Positions 15,731 to 28,208 of a stretch of DNA of 64,000 nucleotides are shown piece by piece; position 1 is the first letter of the stretch; each line of letters opens with the position of its first letter. The notes under the pieces were generated by a model. It was not told the origin of the DNA. It saw nothing but the letters and a program-made list of their open reading frames with translations, and ran no database searches. The translations under genes and the position numbers were made by a program. This DNA is from the human T2T-CHM13v2.0 reference genome, Homo sapiens, in the NCBI RefSeq assembly GCF_009914755.1, contig NC_060936.1. One strand, given 5' to 3'.

Positions 15731-18700
15731 AATTGATGTAGTGGGAGGCAAAATGCATGGTGAACATCTCAGGTGGACTGTATTTTGGCAGAGAAAACGG
15801 CACACACACACACATACACACACACACAATGAGGTTACATTTAGTTTCCATTTTAATTAAGCAAAATACCAAGAATATTGCTGAAGCAAGGGGCCCAAAG
15901 AAAGAAGGAATGGATCCAATATGTTTCAGCTCAACTCCCCAACCTTCCCTGACGTTTCCAAAGAGATGTTACAACCACCAGTGATACTATTCATGGTATT
16001 TTTTGCAGAGCAAATTCAGGGTGTAGTAAAGAATTATCAGCTTCTGAGATGAAAAATAAAATACACCAAGACAACAGCCTTGCAAGTCATATTATTACAT
16101 TGAGAAAAAAATTCAGATCACTTTATTCTTTCCGTCAGCATATAAAAAATTGAGTCTGGAAGGTTTAGATCATAGAGGTCTACCATGATGTGGAAGAGAA
16201 GCCTACCCTCCTATCACAGCTAGGTCATCTCTATGGTAAACAGAGTGTCATAAAGGAAGTGAAAGAAAGTCTGTCCTTTTCTGGACATAATATTGAAGAA
16301 AAAGAGAGAGAAGAGAGGAAAAGAGACCAGTTAATTTGTGCCTCCAAATTTTCTTCATCTTGGCTTCATCTAGGAAAAAAAAATGTTAGAAAAGTGAGAT
16401 ACCAATGAGATCAGCTACCCCAAATTGGAAGTTTGAAAGGGGCTGCTTAGCCAAGTATCCAATCTGAGGCACAGTCACCGAAAGTAACCATAGCAGTACC
16501 CTGTGGTTAGGCAAAAAGCCTTGAGCTTCAGTGTTCCCAAGTCACACTCATTTCCCTGTTGCTTAGGTTCAGAATGAGTATAATCCAGTAGGCTAACTAT
16601 GGAGCCCACCAGAGCAAAGCATAAGGACTCCACAACAGAAGCTGAGTACGACCCCTGGAACACAAGGCCAGATGGAGGACCTGCCAGAGACTCTGTGGTT
16701 GATGCCAAAACAGCTAGGGGCCACATTAGTAGCATTGCCTGAGCCAAAAGAACAGTCCACAAGTTTATATGCTACAGTCCTCAGCTCTGAAAGCCAGGAG
16801 ATAATTTAGAGATCAAAAAACCAAAGGCCATGACCTTAGGGCCCAGAAGACACCATACCTAAAGACCCGCAAATCTTCTCCTTTGTTTGGACTGTCCAAG
16901 CTTCAGCAATACTCACGTCCACACTCACATGGACTCAATGCTGTAGACAGGGACAAGAGGCAGTGAAAACTATCTGAGAATGAATATTTTTATTCATATG
17001 AGAGACTAAATATTACCTAAAGAGATTGTTTAAATTGTCAGATTGAACGAATTTTAAAACATACTAGCAATTTAATTAAGTTTTCCCACAAACCAGTAGG
17101 TAGGAGGTCCTAGATGAGACAGGCTCTAGACAAAATAAAGGAGCTATGTTTCTTTGCACATCTAAATTGTGCTGAGTTAAATGCTGAACCCTGCCACACA
17201 AGCTACAAGATTTGCCCAGTTTCTCTCAGACTGCCTGTAGGGCTAATGTACTGGGGTCAGAGAAAGAGCTGCTGCAAGGCATGAGTCCGAACTATGCAGA
17301 ACTGAAATAATTATTTGCAGAATAGTCACTTATTCTATTAAGAATTAAATTAAGAAGTTCCTTCTAAATAGAGAAGGCAGTGACTACTTTCTGAAGCCTA
17401 GATGTTTGACAGGTGTCAAAACTTTTTTTTTCCAGGGGTTGAAAGTTAGAGGCTTGACAATGCAAGGCACATCATCCAAGAGACAACACTTTCTAGAAAT
17501 ATAATGGTTTCAGAGGGGTTTGTTTATGAGGAAAAAGAGGTGGGAATAATCAAAGCTCCCATAATAAGTACATCTTTCCACAAACGTGGACCTCAAATTA
17601 TTTTAGTTTGTTAGTTTTAAAAGATCACAAATGAATTTAAGAAGTAAATAAGAAAAATGCTCTCAAATATCAAACCCTGGTTTGTTTTGGAGAAAGTTAA
17701 ATATAATAATGAATATGAGTCAGCAATGTAAGTGTGATTTTTATGAATTCTCCTCATATTATAAAAGTTCAAATACTAAGATAAAATAAGATGAATGGAC
17801 CTATTTTTAAGAAAAATATAAAAACCATACTATAAAACAATGATTTTCTAAAGCTAAAAGATTCTTCTTCCAAAGAGAAAGAGGAAAAAAAAGCCAATTC
17901 ATTGAAACCATTTAAGAATATTTATTTCCATTCATGTTTTTTTCAAAGTTGTATAAAATAGGTCTCTGCTAAAATAATTGAAAGTTAGCTTGCTGACAAA
18001 AATACATCTCAGAAAGAAAAGAAAACAGTGGCATTGTCATTAGTCCTTTCCTGTTTCTGCGTAGTAAAAAATAAAAATAAAAAGCGTCTGTCTCCATTGT
18101 TCTTCTAACATCTTTTTATAATCAACTTTAATGTTTTCACATGATATTACGTTACATCTTCTTAAACGGAATAATAAATATATCTTTTACTCTGCAAATC
18201 AATCAGGTATAACCTGTGGTTTCTGCTTTCAAACTAAAGTTTTCCTTCTCAGAGCATGATTTGTTGTGAAGTAAGACACTTCAAAGGGCTTCCAGCTTAA
18301 TTTTTAAGACGCCCTCTCACCCAGCAAAACTTTCCATACTTGTTAAATCTTATAACCTCCGATAACCCTTAATACTTAGAGGTGAGGAGGTGACTGATCA
18401 TTCGCACTTTCCCAGAAGAGTTCCCTGCTCCTACTTGCCTGAAATAATGTTTTAATATTTAGCTTAATCTTCTTGCTCACAAATTACAAGCCTATAACCA
18501 TTACCTAAGGAGTGACACCAGGAAACAAGGGTGTATTATTACTGCACCACTGCCCCTTAATATTTCCAATTTACTCCTTTCATGCTGGGGCTTTCCAAGA
18601 GACCTCACTTATTCTTAAATTCTAGGAACACAGGAGCTAAGAAAAGCTCTGTTGTGTGGCAGACAGCTCCAGATCTGGTGTTCATAGGGAAGGGGAAATC

Positions 18701-19650
18701 AAATGGGGCCATCCATTAATGGGTCAGTCCAGAGTCATTATGAAACCCCTGGCTTTTCAAATGACCGATGGGCCTCTTGTCCTTTCTTGGGCCCGGGCCT
18801 CTCAGACTGCAGGCTGTTTGCATTCAGTCAACACTTCAATTTTATAGGTCTGTGGAGCCAAAGATTACAAGACTTTTGAACTCCAGGCTGCCTTCTGTCT
18901 GGCTACACCCCCTGTTTCTGGAGCCCAAATCTTTTTTAACAACTCTACAAAAACAAGCAATTAGGATAAGGTCTGTTAATCCTCTCCTTTCGACCTCAAG
19001 GTAATTACGTATTCAGAACCAACCAGTGGGGAAGCAGAAAGAGCACTACCAATGCCTGCAGCTATTTAGAGAGGGATCCAAATGTGCTTCAAGGGAATGA
19101 CCAGGACTGATACAGGTCCCTTAAAAAGGTTCTACTATTGTTTCATGGGAAGCTAGGTACAGGGCTAAGCTAGATTTTTAAGGAAACAAAGAAATGTAAA
19201 AATTAAAAATGAAAAGAAAAAGTCAAGGAGACTTTTTAAAAGGCTCAAAATGTACTGGAGCATTCATTGATCTGGTAACTGTCTTCCTCCACTAGGTAAC
19301 GGCACATCTGGTTTCTCCAAATACAATAGCCCATACCTCTTTTTTTTTCTTAACTCACACTGTTAGTGAACTTTAGTCCATTAACAGCTATGAAATTTTG
19401 TCTAGGCAATTTATATTAAATTAAGAACACAGTCTTTTTAGTTACTCAAAATAAATGATAAATAGTACAGGAAAAATGTATAATGTTCCTTTACTTTTAA
19501 AACTGTATTTTATGTTGAATCTAAATTAGTAATATATGTGATAACAGTAATTAATAAAAATCATAATTAATAATTAGCAATATACAATCAGCAAAGGGTA
19601 GAGAAAGAAAAGGAATTTTTTTATTCTTGTCAACAAATATTTATCTATAA

Positions 19651-19980
<330 letters not shown>

Positions 19981-20169
19981 TGAAAGCATTCTACTGATAG
20001 TCTTTATCTCTTTCTACTTCATATAATACTTTTATGAAACAGTTTTATATTTCCTATTGTACCGATTAGGTTTCTGAGAGCAATATCATATCTAGCTTGT
20101 CATTGTATCTGCCCAAGATGTCTCGCATATACATACATATACATATATATAATGTCTCATTAAATTGCA

Positions 20170-20470
20170 CCAACCAACTCAATATTTCTCTAGTGAATGC
20201 CAGATACGTGGGATATTAAAACATTTTATGGGGGAAGACATTTCTATATTTAAATAAGATCGACAAGCACTAGATTTTAAAAAGAGACAATCATTTGCTT
20301 ACTACAGTATTTTGTAAAGTCTTCACTATACTATACTAATGTGCATTGTGACAAAAAGTGGGATTGAACATATGATATTTCTCAAACTTATCTGACTCCT
20401 TATCTCTTTCACACTGATCATCCTGAAGAACGAATGTTACAAAGAACATATTTGGGAAAATATTACTGTA
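20170..20470. mobile_element. hAT-Charlie-type DNA transposon fragment
   Basis: actaatgtgcattgtga...tttctcaaacttat...tttgggaaaa resembles Charlie-family fossils. Confidence 0.45.
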
Positions 20471-22059
20471 TGTCATAATGCACCTCAACTATGCTAAGAA
20501 CTCCAACTTGATGGGCTTTGAGGAATAAGAAGGAAGATAAGAAGGAAGTTTTCCCCTCAATTCCTAAAGTCTAAGACCAGCCCAAAGAGTAGTAGGATAA
20601 AAGTGTCCTGACCTACAATGAAAATTCCCTTCCCTCGCAAACAATTGAGATGTCCAGAGGAAAACAATCTGAGTAAATTGTGTAACATTATGTGTAAAAA
20701 GCCAATTCTGTGTCTCCAATTCCTAGAGATATTATACTTTTTAATATTTCTATTAACACTACCTTCTCAAAAATATCCCTAGATAGAAGAGAATAGATGT
20801 TAATAGTACAAATTGAAGTGTAGGGCAAATGTTTTTTAACAAAAAGTGATGGTATTTGAATGAGATCGTTATATGTCAGATCTTTGTTATAGAAAATAAA
20901 GAACACTGAGATTGTCAGAATCATTATCACCATCATTAGTTTTAATAATAGTAATTTTTATGCTATTCTCATCTGGTAAGCTTTGTTTTCATAATTTCTC
21001 TGTCATAATTAGTAATATTTCCCTAAGGCGTACTCTGTCCTGAATAGTCTTCTAAGGTTGCTCTATTCCTATTGGTTTTTGTTGCAAAACAAATCACTCC
21101 AAAACTGAATGGCATAAGCTTTTCATGACCCATGAGGCTTCAGATCCATCAATTCCAGCACGTTTATGTAGTCCTTCTAATCCTTATGACCCTTGTTCCA
21201 TAAGCCTGGCCCTCCTATCCCCCAGGAGCTGCCTCAGTCCTGAGCCACGTGTGATGTGCTCAGACATGCCCTGCTTACTGTTGGCTTTGATTCTGAAAGC
21301 CTACAGCTGCCAGAGACAGCTCTGTCCCAATAGACGTGGGAGCAATAGCGAGAAACTTAGAAAATCTGGCCAAAATGAGCATTTCCTTATTAGATCTCCA
21401 TCTACTGTCAACAGCATAATAGCAGATAATATTTCTTGGTGGATTTTTATGCACCAACATCTGTTGAAAGTATAATGGAATTTTTTTCTCAAGACATTGA
21501 TATGATTAGACCTAATATTGTAAACCACCTACTAACCCAGGAAGTAAAAGAGTATAAAGGAATTTTCCTGGTCTCACTTGAAGAAAACTTATATCCCAAG
21601 AGGAAAATGTAAAAAAATTCAGCAGATTGCATCTTTATTCTTAGTTTTCTCTAACATGAGCATCATTAATTTAGTTTACAAATTTGACCTTCATCCGTTT
21701 AGGAATGTGCCGCAGGTGCCATTTGAATTTTTGATAGTATTTTTAGCTTTTGATCCCCTCTGCAGTGAGAGGGAAGTGAAACAGCTTGCTTAGAGCTGTT
21801 CTATAAATCTGTGGTACCAGCATATCCTTTTGATTTACCTTTCATTGCTTAAATTTCTTTGCCAATGAGGACTTTTGCTTTATAACAACAGTTTCAGGAG
21901 TTTTGTCAGGCAACAATATCAATATCACCATTTTGTAAAGCAAAATTTATGAAAACTGCCTTAGATTGCTAGCTAGTCATTCAGATTCTTTTAAGCATGC
22001 AAAAATAGACTTCTTAAAAATTGCAATAGATATAAGATTTGAATGGGATAGTGAATGTG

Positions 22060-22830
22060 GTATTTTAAACAAACATGCCAAAAAGTAGATATTAAGTGGC
22101 ATACAGCACCAATGATTTATTATTTCTCTTAGTTCTGGTCTGAGTCAACTTGACACAAACCAAAGGTCTAAGATGGTCTCAGTCACATGCCTAAGACCTC
22201 AGCCAGAAACGCTGAGATGGTTGGTCTCTCTCCACATGGTTTCTTATTCTCTCTCTTTTTTTTTTTTTGCCGAGATGGAGTTTCACTCTTGTTGCCCAGG
22301 CTGGAGTGCAATGGTCTCCGCTCACAGCAACCTCCGCCTCCCAGGTTCAAGCCATTCTCCTGCCTCAGGCTCCGGAGTAGATGGGACTACAGGCATGCAC
22401 CACCACACCTGGCTAATTTTGCATTTTTAGTAGAGACGGGGTTTCTCCATGTTGGTCAGGCTGGTCTCGAACTCCGGACCTCAGGTGATCTGCCCACCTC
22501 AGCCTCCCAAAGTGCTGGGATTACAGGCGTGAGCCACCGCGCCTGGCGGTTTCTTATTCTCTAATAAGTCAGTTTAGTTTGCTTCAAAAGGTGGTCTCCA
22601 GGTTCCCAGCAGCAAGGAAGCAAACCTGAATGTGCAAGTACTTCTCAAATATCTTCTGCGTCATGGTTGCTAATGTCTCATGGGGCAAAAAATAAGCCAC
22701 ATGGTCAAATCCATATACAAGGAGTAGAGAAATAAACTCCTCTGTTTGGTGGAGAAGTGGCAAGTCACATGGCAAAGGGGCATTTGGATAGGGATGGAAG
22801 GAATGGTCATAGCCTTCTTTGCAAAACATC
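22060..22830 (-). mobile_element. MLT1 LTR fragment interrupted by an Alu
   Basis: Antisense MLT1 motifs (gccacatggtcaa, gtggcaagtcacatggcaaaggg). Confidence 0.6.
22253..22547 (-). mobile_element. AluS
   Basis: Full antisense dimer; TSD ggtttcttattctct (22238-22252 and 22548-22562). Confidence 0.95.
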
Positions 22831-23314
22831 TACTTAGCTACTGCTGTGGCCACAGTAAAAACTGAGATGAGCATTCCCAGCTGAGCTCAGCACAGATTGC
22901 TGACTCACACAATTGTGAGCAAATCAATGATGGCCATGTAGGCCACTAACTTTTGGGGCCCTTTTTTCTACTGCCAAAGCTAACTGAAACAATTTCTGAA
23001 CCCATATGGTAGGTAAAAGTTCCAAAATTTTCTCAGTTTCCTTTTTCAAACTCATCTTTTTTTTAATGCTGATGAATTTTAAATTAGAGACATCACGTGA
23101 CTTTCCCCACAATTTCCAATAGGCAAGATGGAAAACAAAGGGTGGTTCCCACATGGAAACCAAGTATAAATTAGAAACTCTACTTGAAAACTGGGGCATG
23201 CCTCTCTTGCCCCCATCCACACCCTACTCACCAATGAAGAGAAGGAAGAGAGTTTTTATGGAACAATCACAAAAACAAAACACATGTTTGGCTTAGAAAT
23301 TTTGTAGGAGAAAC

Positions 23315-23443
23315 TATGCCATGACAGACAGCAGCACCTGATACTGGACTTCCCAGCCTCCAGAATTGTGAGCCAATGAATGTTCATTCTTTGTAAATTA
23401 CTATCAGGTATTCTGTTATAGCAGCACAAAACAGACTAAGACA
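23315..23443 (+). mobile_element. MST/MLT1A-type MaLR LTR 3' end
   Basis: ggacttcccagcctccagaattgtgag...tgttatagcagcacaaaacagactaagaca. Confidence 0.8.
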
Positions 23444-23444
23444 C

Positions 23445-23627
23445 GCCTTCATCCTTAATATGACATATTAAGTCATGCCTTCATCCTTAATATGACATAT
23501 TAAGTCATGCCTTCATCCTTAATATGACATATTAAGACACACCTTGATCCTTAATATAACATATTAAGTGCCATATATGTCATATATGACATATTAAGTG
23601 CCAAATATAATATGACATATAGTGCCA
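23445..23627. repeat. 32-bp minisatellite (~4 copies plus 2 degenerate) with palindromic core
   Basis: Unit gccttcatccttaatatgacatattaagtcat starts at 23445, 23477, 23509 and (diverged) 23541. Confidence 0.95.
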
Positions 23628-25941
23628 AACCATAAGCTATTCATGTTCTTATAAAAGTGCTCAGAATTCATAGGACAGGTTACAGGGCAAAGACAATGTT
23701 GGGAAACAAGAGAAGTTGGCAACTCTGTTCCTAGTTTGAATTTTAAAAGAAAACATTTCCACTTTCCCTGCTTGCCATTACTTAAACTGCATTTCCAAAC
23801 TGGTTCTTCATCAGAATGTAGTAGTATAAGTGCCAATACAGATTCTAGCACACTTGGGTTCTAGTTTTGTTATTAACTAGCTGCTTGACCTCAAACAAGT
23901 CCTTTGATACCTCTGGGTCTGTAACTTCTCAGCTAATGAACTGAAAGGGTCAGACTAGGTGACCTTTCTAAATGTTGGTCTTCTAGAAATTAAATGAAAT
24001 AGCTGCCCCAACTTTGTACCAAGTACTCTCGGAAAGCTGGTCAGTGTAGAATTGTGGCCAAAAGTGTGAACTTTGTTATCAAAAAGAATCATTTTCAGAT
24101 TCAGCTCAGAATTAACTAGCTGTAATATATTGGGCAAGTATCTTAAATTCTCAAAGTCTCAGTTTTCTCATCTGTAAAATGAGAACAACAACTGTATTAG
24201 GATGTATGAATTATGAGTTAACGTATAACATATGTTCAGCATATGCCTGACACATTAGCAAGTGCTCGGGAAATGTGTTTTGTTGTTGACAAGAACCTAA
24301 ACCATGTCTGTTAATCCTATCCGTGCTGTCATAAAGTACATAAGTCAGGTCACATGTTCAACAAAGAGATCCTAAGTTTACTCCCCTCACATTTGCTTGG
24401 ATTCCCCCTCTGCTTAAATGTTCTGGGAACAAAGCAAAACTTAAACATCTAAACACAACAGAACATTCTAGATTCACTGTTCTCCCTGCCCAAGCTATTT
24501 CATTTCCCTTTTTTAAAACTCCTAATTTCAAGCCCAAGGAAGAAAAAGTTTCAAGACCTGGGCTTAAAAGAGATGGAGGAAAAAAAAACAGGACATATAG
24601 ATGGACTGGTTTCTTCTCCAATTTGTGAAGGAAGTCCTAGCCCCAGCTCCCAAAGTAAAGAATGTCTTCCAGACATCTGATTGAAACAGGAAACTTGCTT
24701 TAACCAGTAATTCTGGTCTTTCTGTCTTTTTCCCTCATGTGCAAGGTATCAAAGAAGCAAATGATGCCTAAAACATCAAGATATTTTTATTCTCCACCTT
24801 AAAACACCTGTATCCATTCACAAACTGAGAAGTAACTGAGAGCATATTTAGGCAGAAAAACTCTGCTTCTCAATCTTTCAGGGTCCCCATTACGTTGCTA
24901 AAGATAATAACAAAACAACAATAATAATGCAGGGGTTAAGGGATAAAGGGAACGCTCATCACCCTAAGTCAGTAGACCCAGGAAAGAATGTATACAGAGG
25001 CAGGGCTAGGGCAGAAGAACAAATGAATGCTCACATATCAAATAAATAAATAATTCAAAGTTAAAGAAAGAAGTGAACAAATGGCTAAATAAAATATATT
25101 TTATTGTCCTGCTCTGATAACTATATCTTCTTAATAACAAGAAAGGTCAAGTTCAAATTCAGCCTCCTTGGACACTCCAGAATTTCGCACTGGAACATGG
25201 TGACATGGGGAGATCACTCCCTGATCCATGCCCCCTGCTTCCCCACTTCCATAACTCCCAGGTCCATCCCACAACACAAGCAGCCTCAAGGGCATATCTG
25301 GGGGTAGTTCAGCCAGCCCTTGGCCATCCTACAGGCTAGAAGTGCTCAAAAGTGGGACAAACTCAGAGAAGGAACCCAGTCGGTATCTGGAATCGAGCCT
25401 GGGAGTTCCAGTGTCCTCAGTATCTGGAACATGGTCTCAAAAGAGGGATTGGCCTTCAGATGGGTTTGTCCCCTTAACCTCTCAGGCTCTTTCCCCCTTG
25501 CATCCCAAGGAAGGTCAGGCCGGGACTCCTCGAGGATGGGGCCCAGGCCAGGGGCACCTCTTCCTTTGGTCTCAGGGCAACACAGAATAGACCACAGCCT
25601 TTTCCCCAGAATCATCCCAGATCTTAGTCCCCGGGGACTGAGAGATCCCTCTGCATCCCTTCACACTCAGACAGATGGCCCATAGAAGTTCTCTGTGCTG
25701 TAACTACTTTTAGGTGACAACTGTCCTCCCACAACCTTAGCCATAAATCACTAACAAATGTCAGGCAACCAACTTCTTTCTAATGTCTCATTCCTGACAT
25801 TATTCTACAGTCTGAAACCAAAGCCCAAGTTTCTCATTTTCTCCAAATTCAGAGAGCTTGTCTTTTTTTGTTTGACATTTTATCCTGCCCCTGAGTGCTT
25901 ACTTTCATTTTCCCCGCAATAAAAAAAAAGATGATGATAAT

Positions 25942-25996
25942 GATAGATAGATAGATAGATAGATACATAGATACATAGATAGATAGATAGATAGAG

Positions 25997-26029
<33 letters not shown>
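25942..26029 (+). repeat. (GATA)n tetranucleotide STR with CATA/GAGA interruptions
   Basis: Read directly from sequence. Confidence 0.96.
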
Positions 26030-26586
26030 CCACATGCACACAATGACCATCCTAAACTCATTACTTCTCCCCATTTCCCATAACATCAGTAGACTAACTC
26101 CCAGTTCCCCTTCTTGATTAATAATTACTCATACCTAACTTCGCATCTTTATTCCTGGGCCCTGGTTATTTCCTGATTTTATAAATATTCCCTTTTCTTT
26201 GATATTATCCCTGCCACTAGCCCTAAAACTAAAATCAACTCAACCAAAACCACCAGTGTCACCATTATCAGCCGTTGTCTCTCCCTCATCCACTCCTCAT
26301 CTGCTTTCTCTCTTTCACTTAGAATTACATTATATGTGTCTCTCCTTTGTCTATTTCTCTCATATTTCTCTGTGCTTTCTGATATAACCCTCCTCTTTTC
26401 TAAGCAGTACCATCTTCTCAACCAGCATTTGCTAAGAGCCTCCTTCCATATAGGCAGTGTGAATTGTCACCAGGCCAAGGCACAGCGACTTCCCTCAGGC
26501 CCCAGGATTATTTCTCTCTTGCAATCGTCCTTTTATTATCTCCTACCCCAAGGCAAGGCTAGTTCTAGAAAGAGCGGGGTGAGCAA

Positions 26587-27568
26587 CAGGGCAAGCTTCC
26601 TGGGCGTGCAGCCTGTGCTTCATGCACCATGAGCTTAGTTTACTGTTCTGATGTCACTGTCCTAAAGTTCTTAATAATTCTGTCTTTGAGCCTTTGTTTT
26701 TTAAGCAAAAACCAATGGGGTAATGTGGCATGTAAATGAGCAAAGGAGAGACCCACACTGCGCGTGTCCATCGTTTATTACCATTCCATTCACATAGAGC
26801 ATTTGCAATGCCCCGTAAGCCCAGAATTCTAATGGATCTACAGTTTGGGAGATTAAGACAGAAAGTGAATACAAGGCAAGCATGTTACATCTATGACTGA
26901 GTAAGTGGGGGTGCTGACTACACTCTACATTCTAACCAGAACTTGCTTCTAATGTAGGAAGAAAGCAATGGCATCCTGAGAAGCCTAAACAACCAAGGAA
27001 ACTTATCCTTTGTTATTCCTAGTACTTTGCTGTTATTAGCCAACCACTTATCCTGAAAATGATGATACAGAAAAAAAGGAAAGATGGAACAACCAATAGT
27101 TCCTTTTCCTTTTAGTTCTTCCTTACTCATCAGTAAGCACAAGGTAATGTTGGTAGAATGTTGCATAGCAAGAAATAAAAACAATTGAATCAATTTTGTG
27201 TAGCATTTCTTCTGCTCTGGTAACAACTACATATGCATGTATTAACTACAAAACATGGAATGTATAATCTAATCGATTCGCATACAAGTACAAGATTCCT
27301 ATAGTTGCATTTAAAACTGGCATTGCACAATATAAAGATGAATGGTAAAATTCATGCTAATAATTTTAAATGTGAATGCTTCTTTACTTAGAATTATATC
27401 AAATAGCATATTTAAAACACCATTACAAGTTGAGAGCCAGCTGCAGAAGGATGGAAAAAGCCTTATATTTTAGGACCTTCAACTGTACCCTGTTTTTCCA
27501 GCAATTTGAACAAGAGGCCCCACATTTTCTTTTTGCACTGGGCCATCCGAGGTATGTAGCCATTCCTG
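26587..27568 (+). mobile_element. hAT-Tip100 (MER91/Zaphod-related) DNA transposon, ~980 bp
   Basis: Ends cagggcaagcttc... and ...gtagccattcctg resemble MER91 termini; 8-bp TSD gtgagcaa/gtgaacaa. Confidence 0.75.
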
Positions 27569-27679
27569 GTGAACAATGAAAAGAGATTGAGTGGGATCGA
27601 GGCTGGGATAGAAGGGGTCAGAGCTGGGCCACAACCCAGCAGGGTGCAGGCATTTGTCTAAATGCTCTTTCAGATACCA

Positions 27680-28208
27680 GCACCCCATACTCAAACCCCT
27701 CAAGTGGTATTCTGTCTCACTCGGAGTTAACACCAAAATTCTCACTGTGACTCTATCCCACCAACACTCCCCTGCCCACCTCTCTGATCTCCTCTCACCT
27801 CCTTCCTCAGCTCCAGCCAGGCTATCTTAACTGCATTTCTTCTAGCATGACAAGTATTCTCCCAACTTAGGGCCTTTGCACATGCCAGTGCCCATCTCTA
27901 GAACTGCTTTGCCCACAAATATCTGGAGCACCTACTTCCTCAATTCCTCGGGTATCTCACCAAATGACACTGTTACAGAGAGGTGTTTCTTGATCACCTT
28001 ATATAAACTAGCAATACTTTACTCATCTTTCTTTATTTCTGCCTCAGCACTTTTCACCAACAAACCTATCATGTATTATTTGTTTCTATCTTTATTCTTG
28101 GTCACTTCCACTGGAACGTAAGCTTCATGAGCGTGGGGGCTTTCTCTGTTTTATTCACGGCTATGTACTCAAACTAGGACAGTGTAAATATTTGTTGAAT
28201 GAATGAAG
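27680..28208 (+). mobile_element. L2 3' end
   Basis: cttagggcctttgcacatg...taaatatttgttgaatgaatgaa. Confidence 0.8.

Noticed and set aside
23445-23627. CRISPR-like array of palindromic ~32-bp repeats
   Set aside because: Units abut with no unique spacers, there are no cas genes, and the context is mammalian; it is a minisatellite.
25240-25700. GC-richer block with ORFs of 121, 82 and 89 aa
   Set aside because: No identifiable product; may be an old LTR that I cannot assign.
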